Shown here: in pieces, positions 49,925 through 59,979 of the stretch | How positions within the stretch are numbered: position 1 is the first letter of the stretch | How the letters are laid out: every line of letters begins with the position of its first letter | Assembly: GCA_963667175.2 (NCBI GenBank) | Contig: CAXXXF010000006.1 | Location: 32,001-96,000, forward strand | Reading direction: 5' to 3' | Length of the DNA: 64,000 nucleotides | DNA from: Candidatus Latescibacterota bacterium | GTDB lineage: Bacteria > Latescibacterota > UBA2968 > GCA-2709665 | The notes under the pieces: generated by a model | Told to the model about the DNA's origin: nothing | Database searches by the model: none | What the model saw: only the letters and a program-made list of their open reading frames with translations | Program-made: the position numbers and the translations under genes

Positions 49925-52060
49925 TCAGTCTCCGGCCTCTGTCCACTGGTACACGTGGACCTCCAGTGGCAGGAACAGATCGATGAACTCACGAGACTCG
50001 CTCTGCGCCATGCGATCCTCGAACAGCACCCTGGGCTGAACCGGTCTGTCGAACCGCCACGTGCCCAGGACCAGGGCCGGTTCCACGTTGACCGCGATCA
50101 GGGTGTGGACCCCGTTGTGCAGCCGCTCGATGAAGTGAATGGCGTCGCCCTCCTGCTCGAGCTTCACGGACCGTACCCGGGCGCCCGCCGCCAGTGTCGG
50201 GGCCAGGTGTCGCACCTCGCTGGCGACCTTGAGCACCTCGGTCCATTGCCGCGGATAGATGGCCACGTCGTCGGTGTACTCCGTGCCGGGGATCTCGCCC
50301 CCGGGCGCATAGAACAGCAGCCCTTTGACACCCCTCGTCAGGGCGAGGTAGTTCATGGACCGGATCTCCTCGCGACTGGGCCGGAAACCCCCTTCGAGGG
50401 TTACGACCTCGCCGCGCTTGCTGTCGAGACGATAGTCGAAGGCCTGGGAGATGAACCACACATGCTTGCCCTTGCCCTCCACCCGCGCTGCCTCGAAGGC
50501 ATCGTCGAGGACCGGCTCGTAGATCGAGGTGATCGAGTCGTCGGGTAGCAGCGGGTTCAGGATGGGGTAGCCGTAAACGAAGTAGGCATCGCTGAGTCTC
50601 CCACCCCAGGTGAGCATGAAGATGACCGGGTGGTCCCTGTCGTACCGCCGGATGAGCTCGTAGGTCTCGGTCGCCAGGGGAGACTGGCTGTCGCTGGCGT
50701 ACTCGTTCCACCATCCCAGCGTGGCCGGGTGGTCCTTCGCCTGCTCCACCACCTCCGTGAGCCGCCCGGGCTCGCCTCTGCCAAGGGCCAGCGAGGCATA
50801 GTACACGTGCACCAGCCCCTTCATCCCGAGATCCAGCAGATCGTCCAGCATCTCCCCGGCGCCTTCGCCGATCAGCTTGTAGTTGATCCCGGCCTCGGCC
50901 GCCTGGGCGATGTAGGGCATCCTGCTCGTGGGAGAGACGTTCGACGAGTAGATTCCCACCGGAAAAAAGGGCTCGCCGTTGACGCGAAACACGTCCCCGT
51001 CGAAACGCGACTTCAATGGCGCCGGCTCGTTGACGCCGAAGCGCCAGCGCAGGCGATTGCCGGCGTTGCCGGCGCGGTCGGTGACGACCACCTCCACCTG
51101 GTGGATGCCGTCCTCCAGGGCTCCCGTCTCCGAGAAGGTGAATCCGCCCTCCGCTACGGCGGCGCCGGCGGTGACGTCCTCGCCGTCCAGCAGGACCCGC
51201 GCGGAGGCGACCTCGATGCCCGAGCCCTCGTCATGGAAGACGGCCGAGATGACCGGCGAACCGTCGACCCTCGCGTCGGGCGCGGGGCTGGGGAGCACGA
51301 GCGCCGGCGGGCTGGTGTCCCTCTTCACCACCGGCGTGGTCTGCGCCATCAGGCGATCCCGCATCGATATCCTCAGTTCCTTTTCCGCCTCGTATTGAGC
51401 GGCGATCTCCCGGTCGGACAGGGCGCGGTTGTACACCCGGACGTCGTCGATCTGACCCGTGAAGTGGCCGCCCAGGCCGGAGCCGTAAAAGCTGGCCCCG
51501 ATATACATCGGCGCCTCCAGGGCGCCGGTCACGAAGGGCTCATCGTACCGCCCTCTCAGGCCGCCGTTCACGTAGACCCTGATCCCGTCGCCGTCGTACG
51601 TGCCGGCCAGGTGAAACCAACTGTCCTGTTTGACGCCTCCGCCGGCGGCGCTCTTGCCGTGCTCTGGACACTCCACCAGGGAGAACCGGACCGCGTTCCG
51701 GCCGAGGCTGAGCCGGTAGTTCTGGCGCAGCGTGCTGCAACCGTTCTTCGACAGTACGGTCTGCCCGGATATGACGGGCGTGTTCACCCAGCAGGTCACC
51801 GTGACCGCATCGGAGAGTCTCAGCATCTCCGAGTCCGGGATCTCCACGTAGTCATCCACCCCGTCGAAGCGGAGGGCGTAGCCCTGATCCAGTGCCACGT
51901 ACTCGGCCCCGTGAATGGCGCCCTGGAGGCCGTGGCCCGAGGCATCGCCGGCCACGGAGCCGGCCCCCTCATCGAACATGTAGTGCGCCACGAGGCCATC
52001 CTCCCCCGCCGCGGCGCCGACGGCGAGGGAGAGGAGGATCAACCCTATCTTCGTTCCCAT
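49925..52060 (-). CDS. Secreted LamG-domain protein with Ig-like and glycoside hydrolase-like regions
   Basis: Signal peptide; WFHLAGTYDG...YVNG...FTGQIDDVRVYNRALS; VNGEPFFPVGIY. Confidence 0.82.
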   Translation of the reverse strand: MGTKIGLILLSLAVGAAAGEDGLVAHYMFDEGAGSVAGDASGHGLQGAIHGAEYVALDQGYALRFDGVDDYVEIPDSEMLRLSDAVTVTCWVNTPVISGQTVLSKNGCSTLRQNYRLSLGRNAVRFSLVECPEHGKSAAGGGVKQDSWFHLAGTYDGDGIRVYVNGGLRGRYDEPFVTGALEAPMYIGASFYGSGLGGHFTGQIDDVRVYNRALSDREIAAQYEAEKELRISMRDRLMAQTTPVVKRDTSPPALVLPSPAPDARVDGSPVISAVFHDEGSGIEVASARVLLDGEDVTAGAAVAEGGFTFSETGALEDGIHQVEVVVTDRAGNAGNRLRWRFGVNEPAPLKSRFDGDVFRVNGEPFFPVGIYSSNVSPTSRMPYIAQAAEAGINYKLIGEGAGEMLDDLLDLGMKGLVHVYYASLALGRGEPGRLTEVVEQAKDHPATLGWWNEYASDSQSPLATETYELIRRYDRDHPVIFMLTWGGRLSDAYFVYGYPILNPLLPDDSITSIYEPVLDDAFEAARVEGKGKHVWFISQAFDYRLDSKRGEVVTLEGGFRPSREEIRSMNYLALTRGVKGLLFYAPGGEIPGTEYTDDVAIYPRQWTEVLKVASEVRHLAPTLAAGARVRSVKLEQEGDAIHFIERLHNGVHTLIAVNVEPALVLGTWRFDRPVQPRVLFEDRMAQSESREFIDLFLPLEVHVYQWTEAGD

Positions 52061-52213
52061 ATTGACACTCGCATCTCCGAAAGGTCTGACTTGCGTTCCG
52101 CGATGGTATTTACAACCCTACATCCACACGTAAGGATCGTTCGACGGTGCCGAGCAGCGCCACAGGCAGGCGCGTGACAACTCCAAACCGGCAGCCATCT
52201 CAATTCGGCATTC

Positions 52214-52307
52214 GCCTGACGTTTCGCCGGTTTGCGAACCCCGGGAGAGGGTTGCCCGAAGGGTCAAGGCGCGAACAGCGCCGCAGCGCAACGCCGCGCT
52301 GTTACAA
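52214..52307 (-). repeat. attC-like site
   Basis: gcctgacgtttcgccggtttgcgaaccc ... gcagcgcaacgccgcgctgttacaa. Confidence 0.85.
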
Positions 52308-52327
52308 GATGAGGAGGGAATTCCACC

Positions 52328-52356
52328 TTGACAAGTGTCACGTTACACCTTACACT
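52328..52356 (+). promoter_or_regulatory. higBA sigma70 promoter with operator-like palindrome
   Basis: TTGACA-17 nt-TACACT, 6 nt before GTG; gtgtcacgttacac in the spacer. Confidence 0.82.
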
Positions 52357-52362
52357 TTGTCG

Positions 52363-52644
52363 GTGATTAAGACATTTGCAGACAAGGAAACCCAACGCAT
52401 TTACCGCACCGGCGAATCCAGGAGGTTGCCCGTCGACCTGGTGCGAAGAGCAATCCGCCGCCTAGATTACATCGACCTCGCCAACACGTTGAATGATCTG
52501 AGAGTTCCATCTGGCAACCGCCTGCACCGGTTGAAGAAAGACCGCGAGGGACAACACGCCATCGCCATCAACGAACAATGGCGCGTCTGTTTTCGGTTTG
52601 TCGACGGGGACGCTTACGACGTAGAAATCACGGACTATCACTGA
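52363..52644 (+). CDS. higB: HigB toxin (RelE/ParE superfamily)
   Basis: IKTFADKET...LRVPSGNRLHRLKKDREGQHAIAINEQWRVCFRF...VEITDYH. Confidence 0.93.
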   Translation: MIKTFADKETQRIYRTGESRRLPVDLVRRAIRRLDYIDLANTLNDLRVPSGNRLHRLKKDREGQHAIAINEQWRVCFRFVDGDAYDVEITDYH

Positions 52645-52656
52645 AAGGAGCATCCC

Positions 52657-52971
52657 ATGGCCATCACAAATACACAAAAACGCGCCATCCCGCCAACTCA
52701 TCCTGGCGAGATGCTGCGTGAGGATTTCTTGCCGGATTATGCGCAAACAGTGACTTCCCTGGCGGACGCATTGGGTGTATCCCGTCAAACGATAAATGAG
52801 CTTCTGCGGGAGCGGCGCGCCATCTCGCCGATCATGGCATTGAAACTTGGCCGCTTTTTTGGAAACTCTCCGGAATTCTGGATGAAGGCCCAAAACAAAC
52901 GAGATCTTTGGGAATCAGAGCAGCGACATCAAGGCGAGTTGGCGGACATCGAACCGCTCGCTATTCCGTAG
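52657..52971 (+). CDS. higA: HigA antitoxin
   Basis: PTHPGEMLREDFL, HTH region, FFGNSPEFW. Confidence 0.93.
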   Translation: MAITNTQKRAIPPTHPGEMLREDFLPDYAQTVTSLADALGVSRQTINELLRERRAISPIMALKLGRFFGNSPEFWMKAQNKRDLWESEQRHQGELADIEPLAIP

Positions 52972-53007
52972 ACACCTTCCCCTGCACAAACCCCTTCCCT
53001 CTTTTGC

Positions 53008-53102
53008 TCGTAACGTTTTTCGGTTGCCGAACCCCGAGCTTGTCGAGGGGTTGCCAAAGGCCAAGGCGGCGCAGCCGCCGCAGTGGCAACCGGTTGTTAC
53101 CG
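53008..53102 (-). repeat. attC-like site
   Basis: tcgtaacgtt ... cggttgcc/ggcaaccg arms ... gttaccg. Confidence 0.87.
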
Positions 53103-53118
53103 GATGTGAGATCTCGAC

Positions 53119-53862
53119 CTACCCAAACCCGTTCGTACGTATCCATTCGATTGAGGACGAAATTCCCTGGTCAATTGCTTCCAAGCACCACACGGCCTCC
53201 GGCGCATACTCCAGAAGAGCACTGCATACCTCACCAATAGGAATTGTCCCTTGATCAAGAGAAAGGTGCTCGTCGGACTCTCCGTGATTGTTGTGCAGGT
53301 GAACCCACCCGATTCTCGGTCCAAGTCGTTCGATCCACGCTATCGGAGGCTCACGAGAGTTGCAATGGCAGTGCCCAATATCGAGGCACACGTCGACTCG
53401 CGGATCATTGATCGTGTCGATCACTTCAGCGAGTAGGACGGCATCCCTCTCAAGCATGTTCTCAACATGGTAGCGGACAGATGCTTCCTTGCCGTTAAGA
53501 AAGTCATGCCAGAACGCAACACATCGGCGCAACCAATTCTGCGGTGCGCTGGTCCCCGGGACATATCCGTGGTGCAGGATGATGTCAGGACATTCGAGTT
53601 CACGGGCAAAGCCATACGCCAATTCGAATCGATGCCTGGTCACCTCCCGGATCAGGGGATCATAGCTTCCGGCGCACAGATCGCCGAAAGGACCGTGCAG
53701 TGACCGTGGATGAAGATCCCCCAGAGCTATCTGCAAACCGGGCACCTTCTCTGACTCGAGGAAAGACTGGATCTCGATCCCATATCCATGTTGCCGACAA
53801 ACTGCGGCCAGCGTGAGGTCATCGACAGCGACCATAATGCAATGTGGTTTGGAGCTCGTCAT
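53119..53862 (-). CDS. Sugar phosphate isomerase/epimerase (AP endonuclease 2-like TIM barrel)
   Basis: HVEN, CLDIGH and VHLHNNHGESDEHL. Confidence 0.88.
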   Translation of the reverse strand: MTSSKPHCIMVAVDDLTLAAVCRQHGYGIEIQSFLESEKVPGLQIALGDLHPRSLHGPFGDLCAGSYDPLIREVTRHRFELAYGFARELECPDIILHHGYVPGTSAPQNWLRRCVAFWHDFLNGKEASVRYHVENMLERDAVLLAEVIDTINDPRVDVCLDIGHCHCNSREPPIAWIERLGPRIGWVHLHNNHGESDEHLSLDQGTIPIGEVCSALLEYAPEAVWCLEAIDQGISSSIEWIRTNGFG

Positions 53863-53881
53863 ACTTCCCAAAACTCATTTC

Positions 53882-54017
53882 CGGTAACGTCCTCACAATT
53901 GCCGAAGCCGCCCAGTTTTTTTAGGGCGGTTTGGGTGAACATTGGCAGCCTTTTTGCGCCTTTGGCTTCTGCAATACGGATGACAATGTGAACTGGCAAT
54001 TGTGAGGACCGATATAC
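53882..54017 (-). repeat. Long attC-like site with a 15 bp perfect inverted repeat
   Basis: cggtaac followed by gtcctcacaattgcc ... ggcaattgtgaggac. Confidence 0.75.
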
Positions 54018-54329
54018 GTTTCGTCTGGCAAATTGCCTCCTACAAGTGAATCTCCAAAACCCCGCGTCGCCAACGTCGACGCCGTCATCTCCTGGGTCAG
54101 GCGAGATGCGATTTTCCGCTAACGGTCGGTGTGGCCGATGCGGCCGCACATCAGGAAACAGATTAGGTTTTTTCACCATCAGGCCAACAATTCAGATGCG
54201 GCCATTTTGGTTGGGTTGAGGTTGGGGTGGGTCTCGGCCGCATATTGTTAAGTGTTGTTGCAGATTGGGTGGGGTGAATTTGCTTGGACGACAAGGCCGC
54301 TTCTACTCAGATCATAGCCACCGATAGGA

Positions 54330-55079
54330 TTAAGAGCGTTTGTAGAATTTCAACAGCCACGCCTCACTTGGATGATGGGCCGCTCTGATCGCCTCGATAA
54401 CTCGTTGGTAGTCGAACTCAACATGCCGGCGAACGACCTGATATCCGGATTCGTCTGCATCAAGGATCGCGTATTTGGCTCGAAGATCAGCCGTCATGGG
54501 GTTGGAGAGGCTACCGAGAGTTACATAACGAACGCCGTCGAGGGTCAAGTCAGATTCCAAGTGCGCATGGCCTGCGAATATCACGTCCGCTTGGCAATCA
54601 GGGAACATCTCCTCTGCCTCCTTTGCGGCTGTGCCTTCAACAACGACGAGTTCATCGCTGGCTAGAGACGCATGGACACCGAGCAGACGCGTCCCATCCG
54701 GCAATGACATGCGCTGTTCAAAAGGCAGGTCTCTAAGCCACCCGAACCATCCCGTTGCGAATATCGCACCTCGCGCCCAGCCGTTGCCCTGTTCGACACT
54801 CACTAGAGAATTTAGCAGGCGGGGATCGCTCATCACGCGTTCGACGGACGGACCACGCCGTCCTCCCGTAATTGCGTAGCGATCTGTATTTCCGGATACA
54901 CACCGCGTTGATGGTAGTTTGGAGATCCGCTCCACCACGCCGACGGGATCAAAGCCTTGATTAAAGAGATCTCCAAGAATCCAGTAACTATCGACGCCGC
55001 CCTGTGATCTGATATCATCTAAAACCGCATCTAGCGCAATTGAATTCCCGTGGATGTCAGAGAGCATAGCGATACGCAT
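54330..55079 (-). CDS. Metallophosphoesterase family protein
   Basis: SDIHGN, LGD, GNTD and GHAH. Confidence 0.9.
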   Translation of the reverse strand: MRIAMLSDIHGNSIALDAVLDDIRSQGGVDSYWILGDLFNQGFDPVGVVERISKLPSTRCVSGNTDRYAITGGRRGPSVERVMSDPRLLNSLVSVEQGNGWARGAIFATGWFGWLRDLPFEQRMSLPDGTRLLGVHASLASDELVVVEGTAAKEAEEMFPDCQADVIFAGHAHLESDLTLDGVRYVTLGSLSNPMTADLRAKYAILDADESGYQVVRRHVEFDYQRVIEAIRAAHHPSEAWLLKFYKRS

Positions 55080-55198
55080 AAATTTTCACCTGATCAAACT
55101 CCTTCGGGCTACTTGCAGTCGGTCTGGGTAGGAGAAGCGCTATCTCAAAAGAGAAAGTTGCGCCACTTTCTGTGCCTTTTTGGGGTGGGGGAAATCTG

Positions 55199-55316
55199 CA
55201 ATTGCACTTAACTACGGTATTACCGAAAAGTTACGGTAATCCGTGCCTGATCCGAAGATCTGCGAACGTTCGGGAACATTCCACGCTGAAATTTGTAGCC
55301 CGAACATGTTCAGGAA
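55199..55316. repeat. Dispersed ~110 bp element, copy 2
   Basis: Matches 15681..15790. Confidence 0.75.
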
Positions 55317-55368
55317 TGCCGCCTATGGCGGCATCGTCGCTAATCAAAAACTGCCTCCCTTTCTTCCA

Positions 55369-55701
55369 TCAATGCATCCAGCGGGGTCCCTCGAAGGGTC
55401 CCAATTCAAACGATACGCCACAACTTTCAATATGCGCGATGGCCTCTTCGAAACCCTCCACTTCCAACGAGAGTCCCGCGCTGAGCACGGCTGGCGGTTC
55501 GCCACGAAACCAGGTCGTGGTCACCGCGAGAGTATCGAGGGGGCCTACAGCGTACTCGATGAAGCCGTCATCCCCATCGGGGCCGCGCGGAGGGTCGATG
55601 ACATTGGGTTCCGGCAGGCGCAGAACCGTCTCGTAGAATTCACGCGCGCGCTTTAGACTCGTCACCGGGTGGCCGACAAGAGCGAATTCTCTGATTTTCA
55701 C
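55369..55701 (-). pseudogene. VOC/glyoxalase family gene, 3'-truncated
   Basis: PVTSLKRAREFYETVL...LSLEVE; lacks the terminal DPDGN-type strand. Confidence 0.7.
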
Positions 55702-56013
55702 GCAACTCTCCTCTTCAGTTCAATCTTTATTATTTTCAACTCCTTGCGGATGATCGGATATTGTCGATTTTCCAAATTGGCGAGTTTCGGCTTGGGAGGA
55801 TACCGTCGGACTCGACGGCGCACCTGAGAACGTCCGGGCTGTTTTCTGCTCCGTCAAACGCAGCGGGGCCTACGTCGCACGACGTAAGCCCCTTTCGTTT
55901 CACCTCTTCGATGAGGTCCAACCAACGCCACCTTCATCGGCCCTATCCCTTCCGGCACGCCATCGCCCGGAAGGACGAGGAGAAGGGCAGTGTCGACCTG
56001 CTCCTGTTCCGGT

Positions 56014-57066
56014 CTATAGCAGATGGTCCAGAATGAGATTGGTTGATTCAACAATGCGTTGATCGCGAGGCCGTAGATCCGGTTCGAACGCCTTGCCCGT
56101 TAGATGTTGCAGACCCTGAATGTAGCGGACAGCGATTTCTCCCGCCTGCTCGTCCGTGAACTGCTGGTCCTTCTCGGTAACCATTCCTCGCGCGAATTCT
56201 TTCGAAAACGAAACCGGTTTGCCACCCCGCGTCAGCGGCTGTCCGTCGTCGTCCATACGCCAGAAGCGGCTCGAGTCCATCGTGTACAATTCGTCTGCCG
56301 CCACGATCCGATCTTCTGTGTTGACCCCGTGTTCCGTTTTCGTGTCCACGAGGATCATTCCGCGCTCGGCGAGATACTGGGAGACCATCCCGAAAGCCAT
56401 GATGGATGCGTTGCGGAGCTCGTTGTATTGGCCGGGCGTGCAGACATTGTTGTCAAAGAGATACTGCGGATCGATCGTACGATCCACCTTGTCCTTGGTG
56501 CTCGGCGTATCCATCAGGTATGGCAGTACGCCATTGGCGGACAACTGATCCACGTCGATCTGATGGCCCGCATAGTCGAGCGTCGACTCACCCGCCTCCC
56601 TGGCTTGCAGCCAGTGCTGATAGAGGGACGTCGAGGTGCTGCTCTCGGCGTTATACATCCGAAGGACGTTCTCCACCATGATCAGCTTCAAATTCTCTGC
56701 CGGAATCACCGTCGAACTGGCCTTAAGACCAGGCACCTTGAACTGAGAACTGCCCAATACGTGTTCCACCAAACGCAGCATGTGGTCATGATTGATCGCC
56801 AGCACCTGATCCTTAAACGGGATGGCCCCGCGATTCACATCGTGCGTCGATATCCGGTTGTTCCGGAACATCAGCCGGATCGGCTGGCCTTCGCTGGTCG
56901 CGAGGCTCTCGCCAAACACCGAGTCCGATACCTTCCCCTCCAGGATGGTGCAACCATCGAGACGCGGAAGATCACCATCGGCGATAATCTGCTTGATCGG
57001 ACGCCCCTCATTGACGCGTGCACCGTTCTCGGCCACTAATACTCTGATCTGGGTATCATTTAGCAT
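56014..57066 (-). CDS. purC: SAICAR synthetase-like protein
   Basis: GKVSD, RISTHDV, IPFKDQVL, TPSTK, ILVDTKTEHG and DELYTMDSSRFW. Confidence 0.82.
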   Translation of the reverse strand: MLNDTQIRVLVAENGARVNEGRPIKQIIADGDLPRLDGCTILEGKVSDSVFGESLATSEGQPIRLMFRNNRISTHDVNRGAIPFKDQVLAINHDHMLRLVEHVLGSSQFKVPGLKASSTVIPAENLKLIMVENVLRMYNAESSTSTSLYQHWLQAREAGESTLDYAGHQIDVDQLSANGVLPYLMDTPSTKDKVDRTIDPQYLFDNNVCTPGQYNELRNASIMAFGMVSQYLAERGMILVDTKTEHGVNTEDRIVAADELYTMDSSRFWRMDDDGQPLTRGGKPVSFSKEFARGMVTEKDQQFTDEQAGEIAVRYIQGLQHLTGKAFEPDLRPRDQRIVESTNLILDHLL

Positions 57067-57368
57067 GGGTACAGTCCTGTTCAGGTGAAGGCCTCTGGGG
57101 GGAGACGCTCAAGGGAACAGCGATCGTCGTAGAGGCTGGCTTTAGGAAGCGGATGGTCGTCAGGTCAAAGCCGGCGGGATGCCATGCGGGGGGAGTATAT
57201 GGGCGCAGCAATTACCAGTCGGCTTGTTACAGTGCTTAAGATACACGGTGTGTTCGCGCAGAGCAAGGAAAACCGGCTCGGACGTGGATTGGGTGAGGTA
57301 AATCCAAGCTTTCGGGTCTTGTGCACAATCAGCGGGGGTTGGGTGGTTGGGTATCCTCCGCCGCTTGC

Positions 57369-57452
57369 GTGTGACGTCTAAGTGCCCCCGAACCGCGTAG
57401 CGGTTGCGCGAAGGGGCACAAGCCCCGAAGCCGGGGGTGCCGTTGTTAGCCG
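57369..57452 (-). repeat. attC-like site
   Basis: gtgtgacgt ... ccccg/cgggg arms, aaccgcgtagcggtt hairpin, gttgttagccg. Confidence 0.8.
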
Positions 57453-57541
57453 ATGCGGCGCGCCCCGGGTCCAGACACAGCCATCAAAGTGGGTCAGTCT
57501 AGCGCACACCATACACGGCCCCGCTTGGTTTTTCCTGACTC

Positions 57542-58345
57542 TCAATTGGGAAAGCTGATAATCTCCACAGCTGATACAGAGATTACTCCGTGGTCATTGG
57601 TGACGTCACAAAATAGCATCTCCTGCTCGTTCAAAGAGGCCCTTTGGATAATTCGCCTGGCGGTGTCACAAACGACGGAACCGCCAAGAACACGGCCTTC
57701 AAGTATTGGGGTGACCTGGGAAACATAGTTGGACTGGATGACCGGCACATTGAACAATCCTGTAATCGCTTTCGCCCCCTCTCCGCACCCGTCTCGGGTC
57801 ATCTCGCCATCCTGGTTCGTTTTGCTCGTCGCGACACTTGGCCACAGAATCACGTCGCTGTCCTCTAGGCCTCGGCCTACCACGTGATCCAGAAAACTCG
57901 ATTCGGCGCAGAAGACAGAACCAAAAAGAATACCGTGGATGTCTACAGGAGACCGCTCCTCTGACTCTACAAAACCCCATAGTTTCTTCCAACCCTCGAC
58001 CAAGAATGTCCTGGAGCCAGCAAGTACCGGTCCTTCCCCCGGCTGCAGTAGCAACAGCGCATTGAGGAATCCTCTCTTCGAGAGAAAGGGCGAGCCAACC
58101 AGCGTGTAAACTCCAATTTCTTGGGTAACCATGCTCAGCTCTTCCAAACTCGTCTCGATTTGGCCGTACCAATCAGGCTCTTTGAAGAATTCGTGTAAGT
58201 GTTGATCATACCCGGTCAGCATCATCTCTGGGAAAACTATCAACTCAGCCTCATGGGATGCCGCCCTTTGCATCCACGCTTCAACAGTCGCGGTATTTTC
58301 TTCAACTGTTGCCGACATTGCGGGTTGTATTGAACAGACTCTCAT
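57542..58345 (-). CDS. Carbon-nitrogen hydrolase (nitrilase superfamily)
   Basis: LIVFPEMMLTGY and VFCAE. Confidence 0.85.
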   Translation of the reverse strand: MRVCSIQPAMSATVEENTATVEAWMQRAASHEAELIVFPEMMLTGYDQHLHEFFKEPDWYGQIETSLEELSMVTQEIGVYTLVGSPFLSKRGFLNALLLLQPGEGPVLAGSRTFLVEGWKKLWGFVESEERSPVDIHGILFGSVFCAESSFLDHVVGRGLEDSDVILWPSVATSKTNQDGEMTRDGCGEGAKAITGLFNVPVIQSNYVSQVTPILEGRVLGGSVVCDTARRIIQRASLNEQEMLFCDVTNDHGVISVSAVEIISFPN

Positions 58346-58440
58346 TTGATTTCTGGATAAGTAGGGCTGAGGTGTGTCATGGTCTTGCTCTTGTGCTCCG
58401 TAACCCGGGTTGGGAGGGGTTCCGTATTCTGCGCCGCATT

Positions 58441-58530
58441 CGGCTAACGTTTGACGGTTTGCGAATCCCGAAGGGGTTGCCAAAGGCCAAGGAGCGTAAG
58501 CGAACTAGCGCAACACCGTGTTGTTAGCCG
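58441..58530 (-). repeat. attC-like site (best preserved)
   Basis: Minus strand GGCTAAC-5 nt-GGTGTTGC ... GCAAACC-7 nt-GTTAGCC: R''/L''/L'/R' layout with an extra base in L''. Confidence 0.9.
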
Positions 58531-58586
58531 TCGGCACGCGCCACCAAAGCCATAACAGCCCTCTTTTCTATCTTCTTTGAGTTTAG

Positions 58587-59084
58587 TCAAAGGTCACCAA
58601 CTTCGCAGGGGTCCGGTACATTACTCTGTTCAGTTCCGATCCGTTTCACCATTTCAAGATACCAGGGAGCGAATCCACATTCCCGATAAAATGCCAGGAT
58701 ATCATCGAACCGCTTCGCGGCCGAGTAGAGCCGCATGTGACTGAATCCACTGACCTCTGCCCTAACTTGGACAGCATTGACCAACTGCCGGCCTAACCCA
58801 CGATGACGAGATCCGGTACGCACATACAGTTCAACGATTTCAAGAATACGGCTGCCTTCAGGGAATACACACTCGTCTCCATACGGCCGTTCGACGCAAT
58901 AGATGAATCCTACAGGCTTACAGCCATCCATCGCCAGAAAGAGCCAATCCAAGTCGCGGTCGTTCCACACCTCCACCGAATCGGGCCCATAGCCCCATAT
59001 TGCGCTCACGGACGCCAAGTCATTCTGCATCAAGAGAATCCCGGTTATATCCCCGTCGTTTCCTTTACGTATTGTAACAGTCAT
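58587..59084 (-). CDS. GNAT family N-acetyltransferase
   Basis: LYVRTGSRHRGLG and AFYRECGF. Confidence 0.88.
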   Translation of the reverse strand: MTVTIRKGNDGDITGILLMQNDLASVSAIWGYGPDSVEVWNDRDLDWLFLAMDGCKPVGFIYCVERPYGDECVFPEGSRILEIVELYVRTGSRHRGLGRQLVNAVQVRAEVSGFSHMRLYSAAKRFDDILAFYRECGFAPWYLEMVKRIGTEQSNVPDPCEVGDL

Positions 59085-59889
59085 CTGCCCCAGCCTCTCC
59101 ATGAAGCCAACTAAGGCCACTCGGCCAACCCTGGTCGGCCTTAGACAGGATGGCGCGATAGTAGTTATTCAATCCAGTAACGGTATAGTCAAACATCCTG
59201 GAATCGCGGACGTAGTAGTTGGCGATACCGCCTGCCGTGAACTGCTCTGGGTGCGTATACCAGGCTTCGGGACTTTGGTGCCGGACGACTAATTCGGCGT
59301 CATTCATGAGTTCCCACGTGGTTGCAGGAGTGCAATCCTCCCGTTGATAGACTACGCCCGAACTCGTGTCGACTGCTCCCCAGGCCCCAGAACGATGGAC
59401 TTCGACGATCACATGTCCACTGTAGGCTGCATTTAGATTGAAGAGATTCACAATGCGACACGGAAAGCCGGCAACTTGATATAGCGCACACCCTACTCGA
59501 GCCACGTCGGTGCACCAATCAGAACCCCTTTTGATGATCTGCTCTTCTGTTCCTCCAAATCTCATCGAGGACAGTCCGCCACTTGGCTTCTTTTCGCGCA
59601 AACCGAGCGTGGTTTGAGCGATAGCAGCAACCTGCTGCATACGATCGACGACTAGCGATTTCGTCTTAGAAAGAAAGGTCTCAAGACCTGGACGAGATCC
59701 TGCGACGTAGCCGATATCCAGGTCGGTAAAACCGTCGTAAAGGTAAGGAGCTGTGTCATCGCAGAGCCTCAACATATTGGATACGACCTCGCGGTCCACG
59801 CTTCCTTGAGCATGAGTGTCGTTCTCGAGCATGCACTGGTATGCACTGCCGAAAGCTTTAGGGCCTGTAAATCGTGTAAGGTTCGTCAT
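59065..59889 (-). CDS. Transglutaminase-like domain protein
   Basis: WCTDVARV...GHVIVEV...WGAVD triad. Confidence 0.82.
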   Translation of the reverse strand: MTNLTRFTGPKAFGSAYQCMLENDTHAQGSVDREVVSNMLRLCDDTAPYLYDGFTDLDIGYVAGSRPGLETFLSKTKSLVVDRMQQVAAIAQTTLGLREKKPSGGLSSMRFGGTEEQIIKRGSDWCTDVARVGCALYQVAGFPCRIVNLFNLNAAYSGHVIVEVHRSGAWGAVDTSSGVVYQREDCTPATTWELMNDAELVVRHQSPEAWYTHPEQFTAGGIANYYVRDSRMFDYTVTGLNNYYRAILSKADQGWPSGLSWLHGEAGADDCYNT

Positions 59890-59979
59890 TGTCTTGTTGA
59901 ACAATTGCCTCTACGGAAGAATCCCGGGGCAGTCAGGGTTGAACCACCGGTTGTGCTATTAGGTTTGGCGCGAGCTTTC

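Noticed and set aside
54180-54290. G/T-rich GGTTGGG repeats and an AT-rich dyad (similar tracts near 27235-27262 and 37135-37165) as att or dif-like sites
   Set aside because: Too short and degenerate to support a call without a partner site or recombinase.
57067-57368. ZMP/ZTP or purine riboswitch upstream of the purC-like gene
   Set aside because: I could not find the consensus aptamer elements by eye; an Rfam scan would settle it.
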